This document shows positions 12,862 through 26,100 of a stretch of DNA of 64,000 bases, one piece after another. The DNA lies in the NCBI GenBank assembly GCA_028826165.1, contig JAPDFW010000124.1, positions 97,392 to 161,391 on the forward strand, in the 5' to 3' direction. Numbering within the stretch: the stretch's first letter is position 1; each line of letters begins with the position of its first letter. The DNA comes from Anaeramoeba ignava BMAN (taxonomy: Eukaryota > Protista > Anaeramoebae). The notes under the pieces were generated by a model. It worked only from the letters and a program-made list of their open reading frames with translations. It did no database searches and had not been told where the DNA came from. A program made the translations under genes and the position numbers.

Positions 12862-15051
12862 TCAATTTTTAATAATAAATTTATTAATAGATTTAAATTT
12901 TATTCCAATTTTATTTAATTTTATATATATTTTATTTAATTTTATTAAATTATTAATTATTCAAAAATTATTCAAAAATATTTATATTTTATTATTTAAT
13001 TTTTTATTTAAATTTTTAATAATAAATTTATTAATAGATTTAAATTTTATTCCAATTTTATTTGATTTTATATATATTTTATTTAATATTATTAAATTAT
13101 TTATTATTCAAAAATATTCAAAATTATTTATATTTTATTATTTAAATTTTTAATTCAATTTTTAATATTTAATAAAAAATTTTATTTCAAAAATTATATA
13201 TATTTTATTTTATTTTTAAATTATTCATTATTCAAAAATATTCAAAATTATTTATATTTTATTATTTAATTTTTAATTCAATTTTTAATAATAAATTTGT
13301 TAATAAATTTAAATTTTATTTCAATTTTATTTAATTTTTATATACTTTATTAAATATTATTAAATTATTTATTATTCAAAAGTATTCAAAAATATTTATA
13401 TTTTATTATTTAATTTTTTAATTCAATTTTTAATAATAAATTTATTAATAAATTTAAATTTTATTCAATTTTTATTTATTTTATATAATTATTTTATTAA
13501 AATATTATTATTATTTCAAAATTATTCAAAATATTTATATTTTATTATTTAAATTTTTATTTAAATTTTTAATAATAAATTTATTAATAAATTTTAAATT
13601 TTATTTTATTTAATTTTATTATATATTTTTATTTTATTAAAAATTATTAATTATTCAAAATTATTCAAAATTATTTATATTTTTATTATTTAATTTTTTA
13701 TTTCAATTTTTAATAATAAATTTATTTATAAATTTAAATTTTATTTCAATTTTATTTGATTTTATATATATTTTATTTAATATTATTAAATTATTTATTA
13801 TTCAAAATTATTCAAAAATATTTATATTTTATTATTTAATTTTTATTTAAATTTTTAATAATAAATTTATTAATAAATTTAAATTTTATTTCAATTTTAT
13901 TTAATTTTATATATACTTTATTAAATATTATTAAATTATTTATTATTCAAAAGTATTCAAAAATATTTATATTTTATTATTTAATTTTTAATTCAATTTT
14001 AATAATAAATTTATTAATTAAATTTAAATTTTATTCCAATTTTATTTAATTTTTATATATATATTATTAAATATTATTAAATTATTAATTATTCAAAATT
14101 ATTCAAAATTATTTATATTTTATTATTTAATTTTTAATTAAATTTTTAATAATAAATTTATTAATAAATTTAAATTTTATTCCAATTTTATTTGATTTTA
14201 TATATATTTTATTTAATTTTATTAAATTATTCATTATTCAAAAATATTTAAAAATATTTATATTTTATTATTTAATTTTTTATTTAAATTTTTAATAATA
14301 AATTTATTAATAAATTTAAATTTTATTTCAATTTTATTTAATTTTATATATATTTTATTTAATATTATTAAATTATTTATTATTCAAAAATATTTAAAAA
14401 TATTTATATTTTTATTATTTAATTTTTTATTTAAATTTTTAATAATAAATTTATTAATAGATTTTCAAAAATTTTATTTAAATATATATTTATATTTTAT
14501 TATTAAATTATTAATTATTCAAAAAGTATTCAAAAATATTTATATTTTATTATTTAAATTTTTATTTAAATTTTTAATAATAAATTTATTAATAAATTTA
14601 AATTTTATTCCAATTTTATTTGATTTTATATATATTTTATTTAATTTTATTAAATTATTAATTATTCAAAATTATTCAAAATTATTTATATTTTATTATT
14701 TAATTTTTATTTAAATTTTTAATAATAAATTTATTAATAAATTTAAATTTTATTTCAATTTTATTTGATTTTTATATAATAAATTATTAAAATTTTTATT
14801 CAAAATTATTCAAAATTATTTATATTTTATTATTTAATTTTTATTTAAATTTTTAATAATAAATTTATTAATAAATTAAAATTTTATTCCAATTTTATTT
14901 GATTTTATATATATTTTATTAAATATTATTAAATTATTAATTATTCAAAATTATTCAAAAATATTTATATTTTATTATTTAATTTTTTAATTCAATTTTT
15001 AATAATAAATTTATTAATAAATTTAAATTTTATTCCAATTTTATTTAATTT
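12862..15051. repeat. ~145-bp tandem array A (~15 copies) between divergent gene starts
   Basis: The anchor AATAATAAATTTATT (single variants allowed) recurs at 12871, 13018, 13287, 13432, 13571, 13712, 13857, 14001, 14148, 14294, 14441, 14576, 14721, 14855 and 15001 (spacing mostly 134-147). Confidence 0.92.
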
Positions 15052-15148
15052 GGATTCTTCCAGAAAAAAAATGAAAAATCAAAGTCAATTTTTAATGTTT
15101 TTGTTTTTGTTTTTTTTTTGTTAAATTTCATTTTTTCTTTTTTTTTAA

Positions 15149-15989
15149 ATGGTAAATTTAATTTGAATTTTTAATTTGAATTTTTAATTTGAATTTAATT
15201 TTCTAAAATAGATTAATTTTACTCCAAAAAATTTAGATTTGAATTGGGAAAATATTTTAAACTTTCCAATTCAAGAATTCCAAAAAAATGTAAAAAGAAA
15301 AATGTCAAAAAAAATGTCAAAATTTTAAATTAAAATTTTAAATTAAAAATTGTTAAAAAAGAAAGTTGATAAATCTCTTTTATTAGGTTTAGAAGATCTT
15401 TATGTTCCTTTAATTAGATCTAAAATAAAAGAAACTGATTCAAATTGTTCTGTTAAAAATTTAATTAAACTTTTTCAAATAATTCAATATGTAATTGAAT
15501 TTAAAGAGAATTTAATTAATAAACAAAATTCAACTGAAAGTAAAAAGAAAAAAAAATAAAGAAAAAAAAATCCCGAATTCCAAATTTTTTTATTAAAATT
15601 TTTTTTTATAATTAGATTTGGAAGAAATTAAAAATAAAATGAAAAATTTACAAGCAATTAATTCTAAATTAATTCAAGAAACTGAAGAAAATTTTATTCT
15701 TAGAAAAAATCTTTATTCACTTGAGCAAATTAATTCAAAATTAGAAAGAAAACTTAATGTTGATTTCCAAAATAAAATTTCAAAATTAGAACAAAAAAAT
15801 CAATTTGAAAAATTTCATTCTAAAGATGATTTAAATGAAGAAATTTTCCAAAAAACTTTAAAAAATTTAGAATTAAAATTTGATTTGGAACAATTAAATT
15901 TAATGATTCAAAGAAAAGACCAAAGAATAAAAGAACTTGAATGGGAAATTTTGTTTGTAAGAAACATTTTAACAAAAAATATAAATTGA
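15149..15989 (+). CDS. Dzip/Iguana-like N-terminal domain coiled-coil protein; exons 15149-15151 (ATG only), 15212-15289, 15362-15539, 15616-15989
   Basis: GT-AG joins give MINFTPKNLDLNWENILNFPIQ...LIKLFQIIQYVIEF, resembling the Dzip-like_N pattern (F.PR...DW...LLKLIRLAQFTIEYL), followed by coiled coil. Confidence 0.6.
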
Positions 15990-15999
15990 ATTTTGTTTT

Positions 16000-18900
16000 T
16001 CAATTTGATATTTTTTGCAAATAAATTTTCACTAAATTTTGAATTTGAACACTAAAAATTTTTGACAAATAAATTTCCTCAAAATTTTCAATTGAAAAAC
16101 TAAGTTGAGCCAAGCAAATAATTGTATATTTTCTAATTTCTACATTTTCATCATAAACTAATTTCTTCAAAAAAAATAAAATCAACTTAATCTGTGAAGA
16201 AACTATTTGATTTGAATTTGCAATTTTGATTGTTTGAATCAAAATTTCAAGAACAATTTTAATTGAAATGAAATGACGAGAAACTTGAAAATTTTTGGAA
16301 AATAAATTCCTGATAAATTGAGTTATAATTCCAAAAACTTTTGAAACATCAAGTTTTGAAATGATTAAAGTAATAACTTTTTTCAACATCCAAAATTGAT
16401 TTTCATCTAAAAAATCTGTTTTTGATAAACTTGGCGATATTAATAATTGATTAACAATTTGTTGAGAATAATTCATGAAAAAATCTTCATTTTTTACAAT
16501 TAAAATCTTCTTTAAAATCTCAAGAATAATTTCATCTTCATTTAAATCATGGAAATGATTATTTGTTCTTGATTTTCTTCGTTTTGAATTGGTTTTGATT
16601 CTTTTTATTAATGCTTGAATTATCTCCAAGAATTCTTCATCTTTTTTTGGTTGATTTTCTTCTGATAATATTTGTAATAACTGTCTAAGACTTGCTTCAC
16701 AATTCTCATTTCCTTTTTGAATCATATTTACTAAATACATTATAATTTTGTTTCTTTGGTTTTTCTTTGAGTTCATTATATTATTTGTTTTTGGGAAATC
16801 ATTTTCAATAAATTTTGTTCCTAGTTTTTCTAAATTTCCTCCAAATTCCTTTTCATTTCCCGTATTTTTTTGGAATTGATTCCATTCATTCTGGAAATTT
16901 GGTTCTTCTTTTCGTAAAATATGGGAAATTTTTGTTCTTAATTCATAAGAAAGAAGTGTTAAATTCTTGAAAAATAATTGAGAATCAAGTGTATAAATTG
17001 TTACGATTATAAATTCTGTCATTTTCATTTCTTTTGGTTCTGGATTCTCTAAAAAAATTGATATTTTTTCCATTAGAGTATTGATTTTCATTTTGTTTTT
17101 CATTTCATTTTTGTCAAAAGATTTACACATTTCTTCAATAATTTCAGAAATTAATTGCAAAATGTTTAATTTTGATTTAATAGATTCAGCAGAAAGCAAT
17201 TCTGTTAGGAAATCAAGGATAATTGATTCATCATAAATTGTTATAATTTTATGAATTAAAATATTTGCAATTTGTTTGATTAATTTGTTGTCATTTGATA
17301 GATATTCCACAATTTGAGGAATTATTTTTTCAAGATAATTTTCCATTTGAATTTGATATTGATTAAAAAGTTCCATCAATATTTCCATACAAATTATAAT
17401 AATGCTGATTTCCTTACATTTCATATTATCAATTACTATTTGGATAATTCTATGTAATTGATTTTGATCCTGAATAATTTGTTGGATATATATTTTTAAT
17501 TTATTAAATGATTCTTTTTTTAGATTTAAATTTAATTTTGGATTTGAATTTGAATTTGAATTTGAATTTGATTTTGAATTTAAATTTAATTTTGAATTTG
17601 AATTTGAATTTGAATTTGAATTTGAATTTGAATTTAATTTTGAATTTGAATTTAATTTTGATTTTGAATTTAAATTTAATTTTGAATTTGAATTTGAATT
17701 TGGATTTAATTTTGATTTTGATTTTGATTTTGAATTCGAGAGAATATTGATTATATTAGTGATTGAGTCTTGTTTTTGATTGATTTTGCTTATTGAGGAA
17801 GTTATTTGATAAATTTTTTTTTGGTTCAAATTTTGATTTTTAAATTGATTTTGATTTTGATTTTGATTTTGATTTTGATTTTGATTTTGATTTTGATTTT
17901 GATAATTGATTGAATTCAATTTGAAGTTGTAAGAAATGGATCTTGGAGTATTTCTTTTAATTTTGATTAGATTTTCTTTTTGATTTTGATTTTCATTTTT
18001 AAATTCATTTTTAAATTGAATTTGATTTTCTTTTTTAAATTCATTTTTAAATTCATTTTGATTTTGATTTTTAAATTCATTTTGATTTTGATTTTGAATT
18101 TGATTTTGATTTTTAAATTCATTTTGATTTTTAAATTCATTTTTAAATTGATTTTGAGTTTGATTTTGATTTTGATTTTGATTTTTAAATTCATTTTTAA
18201 ATTCATTTTTAAATTGATTTTGATTTTGATTTTGATTTTGATTTTGATTTTGATTTTGATTTTTAAATTCATTTTTAAATTCATTTTTAAATTCATTTTT
18301 AAATTGAATTTGATTTTGATTTTTAAATTCATTTTGATTTTTAAATTCATTTTTAAATTCATTTTTAAATTGATTTTGATTTTTAAATTCATTTTGATTT
18401 TGATTTTGATTTTTAAATTCATTTTTAAATTCATTTTTAAATTCATTTTTAAATTCATTTTTAAATTGAATTTGATTTTGATTTTTAAATTCATTTTGAT
18501 TTTTAAATTGATTTTTAAATTCATTTTTAAATTCATTTTTAAATTCATTTTTAAATTGATTTTGATTTTGATTTTTAAATTCATTTTGATTTTTAAATTG
18601 ATTTTGATTTTTAAATTCATTTTGATTTTGATTTTGATTTTCTTTTTTAAATTGATTTTTAAATTTATTTTGATTTTGATTTTGATTTTGATTTTGATAA
18701 TTGATTGAATTCAATTTGAAGTTGTAAGAAATGGATCTTGGAGTATTTCTTTTAATTTTGATTGGATTTTCTTTTTGATTTTGATTTTGATTTTTAAATT
18801 GATTTTGATTTTTAAATTGATTTTGATTTTGATTTTTAAATTCATTTTGATTTTTAAATTCATTTTGATTTTGATTTTTAAATTGAATTTGATTTGGAAT

Positions 18901-19823
18901 TTGATTTGGAATTTGATTTGGATTTGAAGTTTCCTTGAATAATAAATCTTTTCTTATTGGAAGTGCCTCCTTTTCCATTAACAAATATTTTCTTGTTTTT
19001 TCATCTTGTTTCATCATTAATTCTCTTCCTGTTTCTGGGAAATGCTCCAAAAAAATCCACATTGCTTTCCTTGCTGTTTTTCTTGATTCTTTTTGAGAAT
19101 CATGCAAGGAAACTGCTAATATTTCTTTGATATCATCTTCAAAAAAAAATAATTGATCTGTAGATAGTTTCCTCAAGAATAAATAGGTATATTTAATAGA
19201 TTTTATTCTTAAATCTGGGTTATGAGAAATCATATTATTCTTAATATAAGGAATAATTTGAGGCACATTAATATTTTTGCAAACTTGTTTAATACAATTA
19301 TGACATGATTTGGAAATAACTTCGTTTCTTGATCCTGATGATTTGAATAAACTTGGAAATAAATTCTCAAATCCACTTTGGAATTGATTTCTCAAAACTC
19401 TTGATAAATGAACAATAAAAAAACAAATTTGTTTAACTAAAGTAGAACGTAAATTTAAAACTTGCAAAGAAATTAAATTCAAACAACTTGAAATTAATTC
19501 TGGAAATTGACCAAATTTTGGATAAATATCTCCATTTAAAATTCCATGAAATCGGATAATTCCTTCATGTCTAATAGACCATTGCTCATTTTTAAGTGAA
19601 TTCTTAAATTTGATAATTTCTTTTTCAAGTTCTTCTTTTGATCCAATCTAATTTTTTCAAAATAAAAAATGGAAAAGAAAAAAATGAATTTTAATTTTTT
19701 TTTCAAAATAAAATTTACAAATATTTTTGAAACTTCTTCTCCAACTTTTTCCCAACCAATATGTTGAAAAGCTTCTTTTTTCCATTGGTTATTTTGATTA
19801 TTTGAAATTTTTCCAAATTCCAT
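16000..19823 (-). CDS. CLASP-family (TOG/HEAT) microtubule-associated protein with a long Q/N low-complexity insert; exons 19823-19719 and 19647-16000
   Basis: The spliced N-terminus IGSKEELEKE...EQWSIRHEGI...NLRSTLVKQIC...ESRKTARKAMW matches CLASP_N (TOG2). C-terminal HEAT repeats end in DENVEIRKYTIICLAQL, as in the CLASP C-terminal domain. Confidence 0.82.
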
Positions 19824-20029
19824 TTTTCTTTTTTTTTGATCAAAATTGGGATTTTTTTTTTAAAAAAAAAAGATTTGAAAAAAAACAAAAAAATGATCAA
19901 TTAAATTTTGTTTTCTTTTTGAATAAAAGAAGAACAAAAATGCCAGAAAATAATAACAATAACAATAACATAAATCAATAAGAATAATCCAAACCAATAA
20001 CATTTACATTTGACTTTGAATTATTAAAG

Positions 20030-21215
20030 TAATAAAATATTGAAATAAAATTAAATAAATTTTTTATTAAATATTTATAATAATTATTAATATATTTTAA
20101 TTATAATTTTAATTATAGATCTTTTTATATTATTATTTTAAATTAAAATATTGTAAGAAATCAAATAATTTCTATTAAAAATGTTGAAATAAAATTAACT
20201 AAATTTTTATTAAATATTTATAATAATTATTAATTTATTTTAATTATAATTATAATTATAGATCTTTTTATATTATTATTTTAAATCAAAATATTGTAAT
20301 AGATTTAATAATTTCTATTAAAAATATTGAAATAAAATTAAATAAAATTTTTTATTAAATATTTATAATAATTATTAATTTGTTTTAATTATAATTATAA
20401 TTATAGATCTTTTTATATTATTATTTTAAATCAAAATATTGTAATAAATTTAATAATTTTTATTAAAAATGTTGAAATAAAATTAAATAAATTTTTATTA
20501 AATATTTATAATAATTTTTAATATGTTTTAATTATAATTATAATTATAGATCTTTTTATATTATTATTTTTAAATTAAAATATTGTAATAGATTTAAATA
20601 ATTTTATTAAAAATATTGAAATAAATTTAAATAAAGGTGAAAATTTTTATTAAATATTTATAATAATTATTAATTTATTTTAATTATAATTTTAATTATA
20701 GATCTTTTTATATTATTATTTTAAATTAAAATATTGTAATAAATTTAATAATTTTTATTAAAAATATTGAAATAAAATTAAATAAAAAAGGTGAAAAATT
20801 TTTATTAAATATTTATAATAATTATTAATTTATTTTAATTATAATTATAATTATAGATCTTTTTATATTATTATTTTAAATCAAAATATTGTAATAGATT
20901 AAATAATTTTTATTAAAAATATTGAAATAAAATTAAATAAAAAAAGGTGAAAAATTTTTATTAAATATTTATAATAATTATTAATTTATTTTAATTATAA
21001 TTATAATTATAGATCTTTTTATATTATTATTTTAAATCAAAATATTGTAATAAATTTAATAATTTTTATTAAAAATATTGAAATAAAATTAAATAAAAAA
21101 GGTGAAAAATTTTTATTAAATATTTATAATAATTATTAATTTATTTTAATTATAATTTTAATTATAGATCTTTTTTAAATATTAGATTTACTTGAATATT
21201 AGAAGTAAATTAAAT
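20030..21215. repeat. 143-156-bp tandem array B (8 copies) upstream of CLASP
   Basis: The anchor GATCTTTTT occurs at 20118, 20261, 20406, 20549, 20701, 20856, 21012 and 21167. Later copies carry an (A)nGGTGA insertion. Confidence 0.92.
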
Positions 21216-21726
21216 AATTTTTTATTGATCTTTTTATTAATAATAAAAATTTTTTTTTCTTTTTTATTTAATTTTATTTCAATTAAAAAGGAGAAGCAAA
21301 AAAGAAAAACAAAAAAATGGAAAGAAGAAAATGAATAAGAATAAGAAAATCAAAGAATTTCCTTTATTTTCTTTTTATTAATTATTGTAAAAAGAACTTT
21401 TTTTTTTTTAATTAAATATTGAACTAATAAAATTTTAATTAAAAAAAAATAAAAAAATTTTTTTCTTTTCTTTTTTTTTCTTTTTATTTTTAATTACTTT
21501 CCATTTATTTTTTAATAATAAAATGAATTAGATCTTATTAATTAAAAAAATTATAAATTAAAATAATTAAATAAAAATAATTAAAATAATTAAAAATGAA
21601 AATTTTTTTTTTCAATTTTTTTTTTACATTTTTTTTTTTGGATTGGATTGAAATTTTTTTAATTGTTTGTTTTTTTTGCTTGTTTAAAAAATATAAAAAA
21701 AACAAAAACAACACATTAAAAAATTA

Positions 21727-21822
21727 AAATAATTGAAATATTAATACTTGGTTGTTTGTGGAGTCTATCTAAAAAATAGATAGAGTTCACAAACAACCAA
21801 GTATTAATTGTTTTAATTATTT
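21727..21822 (+). ncRNA. Candidate pre-miRNA-like hairpin
   Basis: Inverted repeat 21740-21771 / 21777-21808: 32-bp stem with one G-G mismatch, one G.U pair and a 5-A loop. It extends 13 bp further with two more G.U pairs on the + strand. Function is unproven. Confidence 0.45.
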
Positions 21823-21935
21823 GATTTGATTTGATTTGATTTGATTTGATTTGATTTGAGTTGATTTGATTTGATTTGTTGATTTGATTTAATTTGTTGA
21901 TTTAAGTTGATTTGATTTGATTTGATTTGATTTGT
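21820..21935. repeat. (TTGAT)n microsatellite
   Basis: Visible pentamer repeat starting at the 3' foot of the hairpin. Confidence 0.9.
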
Positions 21936-22254
21936 TTTGGGTATAAAATTATTCAAAAAGGAAATTAAAATTTTCATTAATTCAATTTTTGTTCCACCTT
22001 TCCAAATTTAAAAATAAAATAAAAACAAAACTCTTTTTTCTTTTTGTTTATTTCTTTTTAATTTTAAGATCACAAAAATAAAAAATAAAAAGGGGAATAA
22101 ATTGACTTAAAAAATTTAAATTAAAATAAACATAAAAAACACGAAAGAAAATTAATAATTTATCTTTTTTTTTCCTTTTTAATTCAATAATAATAAAAAT
22201 CAAAAAAAAATAAAAGAAAAAAATTTTTCTCATTGATCATTTAAAATCCAAAAA

Positions 22255-23142
22255 AAATTTCTCAATTCAATTTAATTTAATATTCAATTTTTATCCAATT
22301 TAATTCAATTCAATTTAATATTTCACCCAATTCAATATTATTTAATATTCATTTAATATTTCAATATTTAAATTCAATATTTAATATTCAATTATTTTAT
22401 TTAATATTCAATTCAATTCAAATTCAATATTTAATTCAATTTAATTAATTTTAATTTAATTCAATTTAAATTTAATATTAATATTATTTATTTAAATATT
22501 CAATATTTAATTCAATTCAATATTTAATTTATTTCAATATTTATTTCATTCCAATTTCAAATTTCAATTCAATATTTCAATTCAATATTTATTCAATATT
22601 CAATTCAATTTTCATTTATTTAATTCAATATTTATTCCGATATTTAATTCAATTTCAATTTAATTCAATATTTAATTCAATTCAATTTTCAATTTATTTA
22701 TTCAATCAAAATTTAATTTCAATATTTAACACAATTTAATCAATATTTCAATTCAATATTTTTCAATTCAATTCAATTTAATATTTAATTCAATTCATTT
22801 TTAATTCAATATTCAATATTTAATTCAATATTTAAATATTCAATTATTCAATGTTTGAATTTAATATTTGAATACAATTCAATATTTAATTTTAATATTT
22901 ATTAATTCAATTCAATATTTAATACCAATATTTAATTCATTTCAATTTTTAATTCAATATTTAATTCAATATTTATTTCAATATTTAATTTAATGTTCAA
23001 TTTAATATTCAATTCAATATTTAATTCAATATTCATTTCAATATTTAATTCAATATTCATTTCAATATTTAATATTTAATTTAATTCAATATTTAATATT
23101 CAATATTTATTTCAATATTTATTTCAATATTCAATTTAATAT
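22255..23142. repeat. Degenerate (TTCAATATTTAA)-type low-complexity repeat 3' of the ATG2-like gene
   Basis: Visible recurrent TTCAATATTT motif with irregular spacing. Confidence 0.8.
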
Positions 23143-26100
23143 TTAATTATCAGAAAATAAAATTTTTTGAGCTTTCTTTTTTCCTTTTTTAGAAGTTTTA
23201 ACAGTTTCTTGAGAAATTGTTACAATAACATCTTGAACTAAATTTTGATAACTACTAGATTTTTGAATTTTTAATCTTGTTTCATTCCAAATATTATTTA
23301 TTTTATTTGCAGAATCCCAAAAGAAATTGATTACAGGAAGTCCATGAATTTTTTCTTTAGATAAAGATTTTTTATAAAGTTTTAAAATTTTATCAAAAAT
23401 ATTATACCATCCATCAATCTAAATAATATTGAATAATTAAATAAATAAATAAATAATTAATTAATTAATTAGAAAATGTTTTTCCAATTTTTCGATTTTT
23501 TGATTTTTAGTTTTATTTACCCCATTATCTATTATTTCTGGAAATTGAAATGTATTACAATTTGTATCAAATGTAAAATTGAAAAATTTGGTGTTTAAAA
23601 ACATTATTTTTGCAGGAAATGATTTTACTTCCAAACGTTCTAAAAAATAAATAAATTTTGAATATAAAATTGAATTTGAATTTAATTTAGAATTTAAAAT
23701 AATTTACGAAAAAATGGTCGAATTTCATCCAAATTTGCATTTTTAGAAGGAGAAAAAAATTGATTTAAAAAAATAAAAGAATTCTCATCAATTTTCAAAT
23801 TTAAACGAAGAATACGAAAATAAAATCTGAATTCAAAAATATTTGGATATGGAATAACATAATCTAAATGAGCATCAATTATAGGGTTTAAATCATCATC
23901 AGAAATACCTTCTGTGCATAAAAATGTTGCGAGATCAATTATATCTGAATTTGAATTTAAATTTGAATCTGATTTTGATTTTGGAGTTGATTTAAATTTT
24001 GGAAATAATTTGAAATAACTATTTGTTTTTTTCTCATTTTTTGGTGTTGAATTTTCTGATTCAGTTTTCGTTTCTTCGTTATTCATTTTTTCTTGTTGAA
24101 GGAAATTATAAAACTGAAGATTTTTTGCTGAAAAATTAATTCTAAATCTTCCTAATTGATTTCGAGGAAAAAGTTCAAAATAAAAATTAAACAATTCAAA
24201 ATGGAAAATCATTTTTGTATCAAATTCATTATTTGGATTATCTGAAGAAACGTTTAAATTGATCATTAAATTGGTTGAAATTTCAATTGATAAAATTCGA
24301 GATTTACAATCAAAAATTCCCTTTTTTAATTTTTGTTCTTGAATAAGATAGTTTTTTTTGATTTTAAGTTTCTTCTCATCATCACCATTATCAAGAAACC
24401 ATTTTATAATAGGATATTCAACTTCTTCTCCCAGTTTTTGATTTGGTAAAGTTGGTTGGTTATAGTTAATTATGTTAAATTGATGTGAATCACCTGAAAA
24501 TGAATTAGTTGCTTTGTTTTTTGGGAAATTAAATAATTTTTTAAATGTATCCAAAATTTCCAATAAACTTAAATAAGATGAAGATGTGAAATTTAATTGC
24601 AATAAATTTTGATTAAAAATATAATCTAAAGTGTGAATTGTTTCATTTTCATTTTCATTTTCATTTTCATTTTCATTTTCATTTGGATTTTCATTTAAGT
24701 TAATTATAACACCAAAATTTTTAGAAAATCCAATTTTGGTTTGACTTGGTTTATTTTGTTCATTTTTTTCATTTTTAACATTTTTTTCATTTACTAGGAA
24801 AATATTTACGTCTTGGAATTGAAATGAGAATAATTTTGAGTTAAATTTAGGTTCATTTTTAACACTAAATTTTGATAAATCCCAAATTATTGATTTTTGA
24901 ATTGATGAACTTGCATCAAATTTAAGTAATACATCTTCTCCTGAAAAATAATAACTTTTTCTTGCGTTTTTTTGAGCAGGTTCTTGAGATTGGAACATTG
25001 GTTTTAAATAGTCTAATAAATTAGAAATAACTAAAGGACAAGTAAATTTGAAATTGAAATCTTTTAAATGAAAATCAAGAACAATTTCTTGATTACATTT
25101 TTTTTTAGTATAAGAAGAACGGTTATTGAAGTAAATCAATGAGAGCATTTTTGGATACTGATTTTGAATTGAAATATCTGTATTCTGCTCTGTATTTTGG
25201 ATATTTTCATTGATATCTTGATCCTGAATAATTTTTGGATCTTTTTCTTTTTTGGAAATTAATTTGAAGAAATCAATATCATTTTTATTATAAACATGAA
25301 AGAAAGATTGACCTGTAACAAAGAGAGAATCTTTATTATCAGTCTTATTATGCGAATGAATAGTCTTATGAATTAACTGCAGATTTTCTATTTGAAGAGA
25401 TAGATAGTCTATATTGTTTTTCATCAGATTTTTAGCAATAACTGCTGAAATATTTTCAAATTCAAAAGAAAATATATTGTTTTGAGTATTTTTTTCCTTT
25501 TCATCTGTTTTTGTTTTTAAATTATTGTTGATTTCTTGTGTTAACGAATCCTGGTTTGAAATGGTAAATATTGAGTCTTTCAAAGAAAAATACAGTTCGT
25601 TGATTTGGAAAAAAAATGCATAAGTTTTTTGAGGTGAATCAAACAATTTTTGATAAATATTTTTGATCCAATTTTGAAGTGTATTGAATTTATAGTTGGA
25701 AATTCTGATTATTGGTATGAAAATTTTGAATATTACATTTGAATTTTGCTCAATTTCCACTTTGTTTTCATTGATTGATTTTTCATCAGATGAATTTTGA
25801 GAAAAAGTATAATAATCACCAGCTAAATCATGTCTTTCAAACTCTTTTTTTTCGTCTTGCGATTCAGTAAGTAAAAATCTCACCATTTGTTTGTGTTCAA
25901 TCCCAATTTTTGGATAATGGAAAATGATTTGTATTGATGGATTTGGATTTCCTTTGTCATTTCCTTGAACTAGAACTGGTTTTTTTTCAATCATGATTGA
26001 ATTGATGTTATTTTTGAGAAAAAAGAAATAGTTTTTAAATGCAAAATTAATTTCCTCAAAAATGTTTTGAGTTGATAAAGTAAGATCTTGGAAATTATTA

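Noticed and set aside
12862-15051. Possible CRISPR-like array in the ~145-bp repeats
   Set aside because: Whole monomers repeat with no unique spacers, there are no cas genes, and the context is eukaryotic.
17967-18708. Alternative-frame and antisense ORFs in coding repeats (also 38178-38808, 40326-40764, 55528-55806)
   Set aside because: Shadows of microsatellites inside CLASP, HID1 and the giant gene.
21655-21722. Weak second hairpin upstream of the main hairpin
   Set aside because: Pairing is mostly poly-T with poly-A, which is expected by chance at this composition.
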